Shown here in pieces: positions 10,445 to 21,300 of a stretch of 64,000 bases of DNA (its first letter is position 1; each line of letters opens with the position of its first letter). The notes beneath the pieces are model-generated. The model was not told the origin of the DNA. It saw nothing but the letters and a program-made list of their open reading frames with translations, and made no database searches. The translations under genes and the position numbers were made by a program. Source of the DNA: a virus (Duplodnaviria > Caudoviricetes); the IMG/VR virus record IMGVR_UViG_3300037070_001217, positions 140-64,139 of that record. One strand, given 5' to 3'.

Positions 10445-11299
10445 ATGCCCCCGCTCGATCCCCGCATGCAGCGTCGGCCCGGCGAACCGTTACCGGATGA
10501 GGTGCCCCCGGATGAGGTGCCACAGGGTGTGCCACCGGATCAGGGCGGCCCGCCCGGGGGAGCGCCACCGGAAGAGCCGGTGCCTGATGATCAATTGCCG
10601 CCCGATGGCGTGCCGCCTGAAGAGGGGCCGGATGCTGGCGTTCCGCAGGCCGTGGCCGATGAGGACGAGGCCGTCACTCAAGCCACACCGGAGGAGCAGG
10701 CGCAGAAGGATCACTTCGTCAAGAAGGCGTGGGAACTGATCTATTCCGACGAGATGTGGCCCCAAGTCCTGAAGATGCTCGAGGGCGGGGCCGACGAGAC
10801 GCAGGATGGCGATCCGGTTCACGGGTTGGCGACGGCGACCGAAATGATCGTCGCGCGCGTCGGGCAGGCGGCAGAGCAGGCTGGCGAGACGCTGTCGCCG
10901 GATGCCGTCTATCACGCGGGTGCCGACATCCTCGAGGAACTCGCTGACGTTTCGGGGATCGGCAAGATCAAGGATTATTCGAAAGACCCAGACGCGCTGG
11001 AAAGGGCATGGTTCACGGCGCTCGACATGTTCCGCCAGCGGCTGGCCGATGCGGGTGAGATCGATCAGGAGGGGGCCAAGGGCGATCTCGATCGGCTGGT
11101 CAGGATGGATCAGAACGGCACGCTGGAGAAGATCATGCGGGATTTGGCCGCCAGCGATGAATCCGGGCAGGCGGGCGGTGATGAAGGACCGGGTGGGCCG
11201 AATGCGCCGAAGGGCTTCAAGCCGAAGGGCTTGGGTGTGGCAGCACAGGCGCGGACACCAGCGCGACCGCCAGAGCGCGCGCGACAGGGAGCACTCTGA
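10445..11299 (+). CDS. Hypothetical virion-module protein
   Basis: AGGAG RBS; Pro-rich N-terminus and acidic helical core. Confidence 0.7.
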   Translation: MPPLDPRMQRRPGEPLPDEVPPDEVPQGVPPDQGGPPGGAPPEEPVPDDQLPPDGVPPEEGPDAGVPQAVADEDEAVTQATPEEQAQKDHFVKKAWELIYSDEMWPQVLKMLEGGADETQDGDPVHGLATATEMIVARVGQAAEQAGETLSPDAVYHAGADILEELADVSGIGKIKDYSKDPDALERAWFTALDMFRQRLADAGEIDQEGAKGDLDRLVRMDQNGTLEKIMRDLAASDESGQAGGDEGPGGPNAPKGFKPKGLGVAAQARTPARPPERARQGAL

Positions 11300-12378
11300 T
11301 GGCTGGGTTCTTGGGGGCGTTGTTGGCTGGTGCGGTAGGAGGCCTTGGCACAGGCATGGCCGCCAATGCCCAAAATAGTATTGAAGATAAGCGTCAGGCA
11401 AAGAGGGACGCGCTTGCAGCGAGCCTGCAGAAGTCACAGCAGGACTTTTTGGCAGGTCAGGGCGAGGCCAACCGGCTCAGCCAAAAAGAACTGACGATGG
11501 CGCAACTTGCCGTGAGCGAGCGGCTGGGCAAGTTGCAGGCCGAGACGACCAAGGCAGTTACCTCTGCCGAGATCGGTTCGAGGAAAGAGCTTTCCGACGA
11601 TCAGATCAAAGCGCGGATGAAGGAGCTTGAGAAGTCGACCGACTCTGCCGAGCGCATTGCCAAGATGGAGGTCGACAGCCGAAAGGACATCCAAGCCTTG
11701 CAGGCCGAGGCGGCGCAGCAGCTTGGCATCAAGGAGGTGACGGATGCCAAGGGCAACGTCATCTTGATGCGGCCGGATGGCACGCGGGTTGAAGGGCCGA
11801 AAGACGCTAACGGCAACGAGATCAGTCTCGCTCCCGCTGACGGCGACACCAACGAGATGAAGAACATCAAATACTTGGTGACGACCGGCGTTGACCCCGC
11901 CAAGGCGCAGGACATGGTTCTTGGTCCGAAGAACGCCGATCCAAAGCTGGAGCGGCTGGCTCTCTTCAGGGCGATGGTTGGCACCACGCTTGTGCCTCCG
12001 ACCGAAGATGAGTTGCGAATCAAGTGGGATTTGGCAGGGACGTTCCAAGCGAAGATGGACGCAGACGCAGCGGCGGCGGCGGCTGGAACACCGGCCCCAT
12101 CAGTGGCCGCACCGGGAGTGACGGCCCCGGCAGCGGATGCGGGCGCGACAACGGCACCGGCACAGGCACCGGCAGCGACAGCAGTGGATAATGCAGCCGC
12201 CCCGGCGGCGGCGGCACAACCGCAACAACTGACGTCCGAGCAAAGAGCGCAGGCCATCAAGGATGCCAAGACAGCCATCAAGCCGAAGAGCGAGGGTGGG
12301 TTGGGCATCAGTCCAGTAAAGGTTATCCAAGAGTTGCAGGAAAAATATGGGATCAGCCGGGTAGAGGCAGGGCTGTGA
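11299..12378 (+). CDS. Putative ejection protein
   Basis: N-terminal Gly/Ala hydrophobic segment and coiled coil; lies directly before the giant protein. Confidence 0.6.
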   Translation: MAGFLGALLAGAVGGLGTGMAANAQNSIEDKRQAKRDALAASLQKSQQDFLAGQGEANRLSQKELTMAQLAVSERLGKLQAETTKAVTSAEIGSRKELSDDQIKARMKELEKSTDSAERIAKMEVDSRKDIQALQAEAAQQLGIKEVTDAKGNVILMRPDGTRVEGPKDANGNEISLAPADGDTNEMKNIKYLVTTGVDPAKAQDMVLGPKNADPKLERLALFRAMVGTTLVPPTEDELRIKWDLAGTFQAKMDADAAAAAAGTPAPSVAAPGVTAPAADAGATTAPAQAPAATAVDNAAAPAAAAQPQQLTSEQRAQAIKDAKTAIKPKSEGGLGISPVKVIQELQEKYGISRVEAGL

Positions 12379-12382
12379 TCCG

Positions 12383-15300
12383 ATGGCAGAAGGGGCCAAC
12401 CTATTTGCCCACCTAGCGACAGCGGACGAGGAGGATAGCCCCGCCGCGTCCACCAATATGTTTGCCCATCTTCCGGCAGCGGAAGAAGGCTCATTCATAC
12501 CGGAGGCGCTGAAGGGTGTCGCAGGCGGCGCAGTCACTGCCGCTGGTACGGCGCTCAAGGGGCAGGCCGCTGCGCAGGAACTGGCGCTGGCCGATCGCCG
12601 CGAAATGCTTTTGACAGCGGGCCGCTACTTCGATCGCATCGACGCTGGCAAGACGATAAAGCAGGAGGAAATAGCCGACCCGGACGTGTTCAACTACGTC
12701 AACGAATATCTGGCCTTGGACCCGGAGCGGCGAGCCGCGATGAAGGAGGGCCTCGCAGCGGCGGCCAAAGAGCATCCCACCGGGGACGTCACCAAGAGCC
12801 CGCTCTTTCAGGCCGGTGAGGCGACACAGAAATGGTCCGCTGAACAATTCAAAGCCGCCGAGGATTACCAGAACTCGCTGACCCGGACGTTCACCGAGGC
12901 GCTCGGCTCGATGGTCACGATGGCAGGCACGTCGCTCATCAGCCGGGGCGCGGGCATTGGCGTCGGCATCCAGATGTCAGTTGGCGAACAGGTCGACATG
13001 GCGCTGCAGCAAGGGGCTTCCAAGGAAGACATCCTGCAGGCGGCCAATCTCGCCTTCTTCCCGGGCGCGACGGAATACGCCCCGCTGGAGGTCATGTTCA
13101 GCAAGATACCTGTCGGCAAGTGGGGCAAGTTCGCTGACGCGCTGATCAAGGTGGGCACTGCCTATTTAGTTGAGGGCGGGCAAGAGGCGGCCCAGCAAAA
13201 GCTGCAAAACGATATTGCTAGATTCACCTACAACCCCGACCAAAAACCGTGGGAGAACGTAGCACAGAGCGGCTTTATTGGTGGTGCTGTCGGTGGCACG
13301 GTGGCGACGGCGGCCCTGCCATTCACACTCGGCGGTGAGCGCGCGGCACCGCCAGCGCCAGAAGGCCAGCCACGGCCGCGCTACGAGCCGACGCCTGCAG
13401 GGGCACAGCCAGCCGATACGGTGCTTCCACCGGAGCCCGGAGCGCCCGGCGCACCGGCTCCAGTCGACATCAGACCGGCTGTTCTCGACGTCGAGATCAT
13501 CCCGGCTGATCAGGCCCCGCCCGCGCCTGTGCTACAGACCGCTCCTCAGACGATGGTGGTCAATGATCCGGCGTACATCGATGAGGATGGCGTCCAGCAA
13601 CCGGCCGGGCCACTGCACGGCATGACCGTGGACGTGATCAAGCGCGGCGACATCGCTTCCGAGGTTCGCCTGCGGGACCGGGCTGGCACCGTGATGAGGG
13701 TGGGCAACGCCCTGCTCACACCGACAGTGCAGGACGTGACCAAGGGCGCGGTCAAGGAAGCGCTTGAACCACCGGAAGATGAGCGCGTTGCCAGTCCTCG
13801 CTTGACGCCCGCCGATCGCACATCGCCCATTCCCAACGACGTCATCGATGACGGCAAGGCGTTGCTCGAGGTAGCGACCGGCCAGCCCTCGACGGTCACC
13901 GTCGCGACCGAGGTCGACGGCAAGCTGCAACTGACGCAGACCAAGGTGTCCGATCTGCTGGCGCGGGACCGGGCGCAGACGCAGGCGGTCATCAACCAAA
14001 TCCTGCAGGGGGTTCCTTCTGCTCCAGCAGTCACGGCAGGGCCACTAGCAGCCCCGCCAACGGGCGTTCCCGAGGTGGCCGGTACTGCGGCCCCAACCGA
14101 AGCTCCCGCCGCTGTAGGGGCTCCTACGGCCCGCGCTGCAACTGACTATTCCGTTGACACCGAGGACAATGGGATTTTTCCAGTCCGCGTTGTCCGATCG
14201 GCAGACGGCTCCGTCGCTATCTTCGATCTCAGCCCCGATGGCGCTCCTGTCATCAAGCACAATGCCGCATTCTCTGAGGGCAAGTCCGATACCGATCTCA
14301 TTGCCTATTCGTTCGAGCCGCTTGGATATCGAGGGGCGAAGCCGACAGCAAAAACCAGTGACATCGCTAGCGATGTCGCAGCCCCGCCCGCTGACACGGC
14401 GCTCGAACGGGCAACCGCCGAGCCAGAGCCAGCGCCGATCGATGACGTCAGCGACGATGCGCATCCGCGCTCCGAGGATACGCAGTCATTCGAGGAGTTC
14501 GTCGCCAAGTCGAAGGCCCATCTGGCAGAACGCGAGGCACGGGCCGAGGCGATCGCGGAGAAGGGTGGCTCGACCCGCATGGAGCATAAGACCCGGGAAG
14601 GTCAGCGGGCGCTCGTCGGACCCGACATGGCAGAGCCCGGCAAGTTCCGCATCACCCGGTTCGATGCGAAGGGACCGTTTGGCCACACTACCTTCAACAC
14701 GCTGAAGGAGGCAGCGAACGAGGCCTTGCGTGACGGCTATGTTCCGGTCGAGCGGCCGACTGCGGCGGAACCGCCCAAGCAGGCAGCGTTGAAGGACAAG
14801 ATCGAGGCCAATCGCGGAGCCGCCGCGCCAGCCCTCGCGCCAAAGCCAGAGACGCGCCCGGTCAAGGATGACGTCGCCATCACTGCATCAGGCCGTGATG
14901 TGCCTGTCACCTACGCCGTCATCGAGGCCGACGATCTGATTGCCTCGCAGCGCGACGAGGGTGGCACCAACCCGGCCTATCCGGCTGAACTGCAGCCGCG
15001 CGATCGCAGTCGCGGCACGTCGGATCAGCAGATCAACAAGATCGCCCAGAATCTCAAGCCGGAACTGCTCGACCAGAATCCCAACGCCAGCGACGGCGCT
15101 CCGATCATTTCCGAGGATGGCGTGGTCGAGAGCGGCAACGGCCGCGTGCTGGCGATCCGTCGTGCCTTCAGCCAAGGCTTGGCCACGGCAAAGGCCTATG
15201 TCGACTATCTGGCATCCAAGGGCTACCCGGTGCAGGGAATGCGCCGTCCCGTGCTTGTGCGTGTCAGGAAGGGGCAACTGACAGATCGAGCGGCCTTCAC

Positions 15301-18300
15301 CCGGGAGGCCAACGAACGGACAACGCTAGCGATGTCAGCGACGGAGCGGGCGATGGCCGACGCCGCTGCGCTGAAGCCAGAGACGGTCGCGCTTTACCGG
15401 GGCGGCGAGGTCAGCGAAGCAGGCAATCGCGATTTCGTCCGCTCCTTCATGAAGTCGGTGGTCAATCCCAACGAGCAGGCGGCGATGGTCACGCCGGAAG
15501 GTGGCCTGTCGCAGGAGGCGATCCGGCGCGTGCAGGGTGCGCTGCTCGCCAAGGCCTATGGCGATGCCGATCTTGTCGGCTCCCTGCTCGAATCGACGGA
15601 CACCAACATCAAGGCGATCGGCGGCGCACTGATGGACGTCGCCGGGCCGTGGGCGCAGATGCGCGACGAGGCCAAGAGCGAGGCCATCGATCCCGACGTG
15701 GACGTCACACCTGCCGTACTTGAGGCGGTGCGGCTGGTGCAGCGCGCGCGAAACGAAGGACGACCACTTTCCGAGTTCGTTGCGCAGAAGGATATCTTCT
15801 CCGGGTCAACGATATCGCCCGAGGCCGAGGCCGTGCTGCGGCTGATGTTTCGTAACACAACAAGCTGGACTATGCCTGCCGGTCGTGAGAAGCTGGCGGA
15901 TGCGTTGCGCTTCTATGCGACGGAGGCGCGCAAGACGACAGCCGGTGTCGATCTGCTGGGTGAGACGGCACCACCGGCTACCAAGATTCTCGAAACGGCG
16001 AAGGCACGGCAATATGGCGCAGAAGAAGTCCAGCAAAAGCTCCCCGGCGGCGATCGAGCTACTGGCAAGGACACTGGAGCACCAAGCCAAGAGCGAGCCG
16101 TCAAAGCTGAATCGCGACCGCAAGCTGAAGGACGCCCAAGTCCTGCGCCAGAAGCACCTGCCAAGCCGTCAAAGCTGAAGAAGAAGGTTTCCGCCAAGCG
16201 GGCCGAAACGGCGGCGATGCTGGCGCGTCTGCCGAAGAATTTCAATTGGAAGGGTGGGGCTGGCGATTTCATTTATGGCTATCTCACCGGCTCTGTCGGC
16301 GTTCGCAACGTCTGGCAGGTGCGCCGCAGGGATACCGGCGAGGTGGTTCCGGCTGGACGATTGGAAAATCTAAGCTCGGCCAGCAATGCAGCGCAGCGGA
16401 TGAATGAGCAGGCCAAGGCCACAGCCGCCCCAGACGCAAAGCTAACGCCTGCGGAGGCGATGAAGGCCGCCATCCGGGCGGATGGGGAAAAGCGCGCGGC
16501 TGCGGCCAAAGCGCAGGCGCTGGCAGAGCGGCAAGCGGCAGAGGCCAAGGCCGCCGAAGGCGCGAAGTTCTCACGGCCGGGGCCGGTGGAGGATGAGCCG
16601 CCGCCGCAAAAGCTGGGGGTGGTGGAGAGGCACCGCAGGGCACGGACTCTAAAGAAACTAAAGACGCCTGAAGCCCTTGCGGAAGTGGCGGCGATGAATG
16701 CCGTCCCCGTCACATCTGACGAGCCGGGATTCTGGACGCCTGAGTGGCTGGATGCTCGGCGGTGGAACGTCAAGGGCGCGAAGGTCAAGCTGCAGGAAAC
16801 GCTGGAGTATCTGTACGGTGTTGCCCACGGGCTGGCGACCAAGGAAATCAACGAAGGCATCGATAAGCACAACGCGAAGGTGAGGGAGACAGGGAGGGGG
16901 CAACTGCTTGACCACGTCAAGCCGTACAGGGTCGAGAACAATCACCTCGCGATCGTCCTTCAGGGGCCGCCCGCTTCAGGTAAATCGACCGCTGCTAATG
17001 ACCTCGCCTATGAGTTCAACGCGGCAATCACCGATGTGGATGAGGCCAAGAAGGTCATCCCCGGATACGTCGCCCCAGATTCCAAGGGGAAGATGACGCC
17101 CGGCATGGGCGCGAACGCAGTCCATAACGAAAGCAGGCTGCTAGGCGATCTGGTAACTGACCGGCTTGTTGCCGAGGGTGCCAATCTGATCATCCCCACG
17201 GTGGGCGACAAGCACGGCAGCATCGAGTGGTGGCGCACCATGCTGGAGAAGCATGGCTATACGGTCCATCTCGCCGTGCTGGACGTCACGCAGGAAACGG
17301 CCGCGCGGCGCATGTGGAAGAGGTTCAAGGAAACTGGACGGCTGATCAACCCGGACTTTTTCATGAAGGTGGTGGCGGCCCCGCCATACATTTTCGAGTA
17401 CGCGAAATCGAAAGGAAGATTCGCCAGCTATGTCAAAATCAGATCGAACGACCATCTTCACGCAAGAGTATCAGAGACTTCGGGAAAAGCACCGCTCTTG
17501 GCTCTCGGAGCCCGGTTTGTCCCCGGAGGAAAAATTGGAGCGGCACGACATATTGAGCCAAGAGGTCGTGGATACCGTCCACCGAAAATACGGCCCGGCG
17601 CAGGCACAGCCGCCCGACGCGCAGAAGTAGCGGCAGCACGCGCAGGCGCAAGCCTCCTGCTGCCACCGACCGGGCGGCAAGAAACTCTCATTACCCCAGC
17701 CGAAAACATCACCTACACGACCACGCCAGCGTTCAAGGCCAAGGCTGACGCCTTCCTCAAGAGCCTCCGCAAAATCCTCGACGGTTACGGCCTGAAGGGC
17801 GTCGACCTGAAGGTCTGGGAGGATATCCTAGTCCGACAGGGCGAAGACGAGTTCAACGTCAACGGCGTCTATCTCCACGACCTGATCAGTCTTGCGCTGC
17901 AGATCGGTTCGAAGTCGGTCGACATAGTGGAGGCGCTTCACCATGAGGTGATGCACGCCATCCTCGAACTCGCCGCGACCGACAACGAGAAGGCGATCCT
18001 GCGCCGCAAGTCGCGGAAGGAATGGATCACCGACGAGATCAAGCAGAACTATCCGCAGGCGCAGTGGGTCGAGGAGGGCATCACGCACGCCTTTGTGCGC
18101 TGGCTGCAGGGCGAGCGCATGGACGGCATGATCAACCGCTCCTTCAAGAAGTTCAAAACCTTCCTGAAGGCGCTGTATCAGGCGCTCACCGGCCACGACA
18201 TTCGCACGGCCGAGGACGTGTTCCGGCAGATTCAGAGCGGCAAGATCGGTGGCCGCACGCAGGTTGGCGCTGGCATCGAGTTCGCCCCGGTGGCGGAACC

Positions 18301-21300
18301 GCCAGCGTTCTTTAGCAAGGTCGAGCCGAAGCGCGAAAACTTCCCCAAGAACATTCGGGACAGGATGAATCGCGCCGACCAAGAACTCAACGCTGCCGTT
18401 CAGGAGGCGATGGAAGAGTTCACGCGATGGACGCCGGGAGGGGTCAGGATCGAAGGGGGAGCCATGAGTCCCGCCGTTCGACAGGGGCAGGGCCAGCTTG
18501 AAAGGGCGGCACGGGGCGACGACCCTGAATTGCTGGACAAAATCAGGGCGGATGTCGAACCCATTCTGGAAATCCTGCGGGAGAATTACGGCCCGGTCGT
18601 CAAGCTCTACCGCAAGCAGAGGCAGGTCGCGCAGGGCAGCAGGCGGGCCATCCTGTCATGGAGCGTGAGCTACGACTACGCGATGAGCCACATGCCAGCG
18701 CACAAGGAAGGCGTGCCGCAGGAGCATACCCTTCTCAGCGCCGAGGTGCCGCTCGACAGCGAGCATATTCTGGCGGTCACCGATCGCGGTGGCGAAGGCG
18801 AGTTCATCCTCATCAACAAGCCAGAGAATCAGGTGTTCGTGGATGACACCGGCAAGCTGGTGAGCGGCGGCCGGGTGAACGTCGGCATGTTCTCCAAGCC
18901 GCTTCCATCCGAGATAGTCGATCTGTTCGACGGCCCGGCAGAACAGCTTGTCATCCCCGGTGCCGAGAAGGTCAGCGAGAAAACGCTGGCGCAGCGCCGG
19001 GCGGAAGCGCCAATGCGGCCGAGCGTGGGACAGAAGGGCGTCGGTGAACTGCCGCTGTTTGGCGACGAGAAGAACCAAATGGCGCTGTTCTCGAAGCCGA
19101 TCAATCTCGGCGGCGACGAGAAGGCGGCGGTAAAAACGCGCATCGATGCGGCGCTCAATGAGGCCTATGCGACCCTGTTCCCCAACCCCTTGAACAATGC
19201 CGAGGTTGGCTTCGCGAACGAGAAGCAAGACGCCGTCATCATGATGCAGTTGGAGAACTATGGTGACAGCCTGTACGTGAAATGGCTGTCGGCCTATCCG
19301 CAGAAATCCGGAATGGGCACACAGGGCATGAACTACCTGAAGGAGCTTGCCACCAAGCACGATGTGCCGCTGTCGCTGACGACATGGGATCGCGGCAATA
19401 TCGGCGCAAAGAGGCTGACCAAAATCTACGAGAAGTGGGGGTTCAAGGCGGGCAAGCAGGGGCTGATGTGGTGGCATCCCGCGCCCAAGGCCGAGGACGT
19501 CGCCAAGTTCTCGAAGCCGCCCAGCGGGCCGAATGATCCTCGCTTCAGTCTGGTCGCCGCGCCGCACACCACGCAGCAGGCGGCACAGGTCACACAAGGA
19601 TTCCTCAATCGCGGCCAGCCGGTCGATCGCGCGATCCGGGTGCCGTGGAGCCTGTTTGGCGGGCTCGATGAGCAGAACCGCTGGATACCCAGCAAGCGGC
19701 TGGATGAGAAAGGCCACAGCACGCCAGCACGCCGAGAGGGCCTTGCCATTGGCGGCATCATTGGTGCGGGCATTGGCACATTCGTCGGTGGCCCGGGAGT
19801 GGGCACCATCGCTGGCTTTGCCGCTGGCGGCACTGTCGGTGCGACAATCCTTGGCTCGACGTCATGGCCGACCAACGGGGCATTCGGTTTCTTCCGCAGC
19901 TTTGCCGAGAACGCCAAGCGCGGGCTGATCACCAACTATGGGCTCGACCCTGAATACGTCCAGACGTTCCGCAAGAGCGAGCTTTACAAGGTCATGAGGG
20001 AGCGCGAAGGCGCGGAGATTCTGAAGGTGCTGCACAACGCTGGCGTCGGCACGAAGGAAGCCGAGGTCATCCAGCAAATCCTCAGTGGCGAGCCGGTCAA
20101 CGATGATGCCATGAAGCGGCTGTCGGGGCCGATCCGCAAGGCGATCGATGACATGGGGGCCGAGGCCGTCTCGCTCGGGCTGATCTCGGCGGAATCGTTC
20201 GAGCGCAATCGCGGCGCTTACCTGCACCGGGTCTATGCCAAGACCGAGGCCGATCAAGGCACCATGGCTGGCTGGGTGTCGGGCCAGATGACGAGCCGCC
20301 GCAAGAAGATCATTGGCGACGAACTGAAGGGGCGCGGCATCTTCATGGATCAGCCGGTCGACCGGATCATGCGCGATGTCGAATCGTTCCAGAAAGGCCA
20401 GCGCGGTGCCCCGGTGCTGGGGGAAAAATTCAGGATCATCGATGAGGTGAGTTCTGCCCCTGACCTGACGGGCGGCAAGCCCAAGGAAAAGGTCATGCGG
20501 CGCGTCTATTTGCCAGCTAACGAGGCGGTGCCAGCGAAGTATCAGGGCGCGAACTGGGTCGATCGTGGGACGTGGGAGGTGCGCAAGGAAGGCAAGACCA
20601 CGACGCTATGGCGCGACTACACCAAGGAAGAGCGCGGCAAGATGGGCGAAATCATCGACGCTCGCTACACGATCGCCAAGACCTTCATGCTGCTTGCCAA
20701 CGATATCGCCACCGGCAAGTTCTATCACGACGTTTCCGTGAAGGAGGAGTGGACCCAGACGAAGCCACCACCTGACGGCACATGGAAAGAGGGCAGCGAA
20801 TACAACGTCATGAACGGCCGCTACTGGGAAGACCCGGATATCCAATGGGTCAAGGTGCCCGACACCAACATTGAGAAGTCGGGCGGCAAAAAGAAATGGG
20901 GCGCGCTGGCAGGCAAATTCGTCCGGGCCGCGATCTGGCGCGACCTCAACGAGCTACACCTCGCCAACAATCCCGGCACATGGCGCGCGCTGTTCCGGCA
21001 GTGGAAGGCCAACCACACCTTCCGCCTCCCGGTCGTCCACATGAACAACGTCATGTCGAATGTGATGTTCATGGACATGGCCGACGTGCGCGCCCAAGAC
21101 CTCGTCGCCGGGATCAGGGAATATTTCAGCAGCGGGACGCACTATCAGGAAGCGCGCGACAGCGGTGCATTCGGGGCCGACGTGGTCGACCAAGAGCTTC
21201 GCGACAAGGTGCTGAAGCCGATCCTCGATGAGATCACCAAGCAGACGACCGGCAGCGGGGTGGGCAATCCCCTCCTGAACTGGGCTGGGATTCCATTCCT

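Noticed and set aside
6677-11299. Four consecutive in-frame ORFs joined by TAG/TAG/TAA, suggesting read-through or amber recoding
   Set aside because: Each downstream ATG has its own AGGAG/GGAG RBS, and TAG is used as an ordinary stop elsewhere
16940-17450. Zeta/epsilon toxin-antitoxin system
   Set aside because: The kinase is an internal domain of the polyvalent protein and has no cognate antitoxin gene
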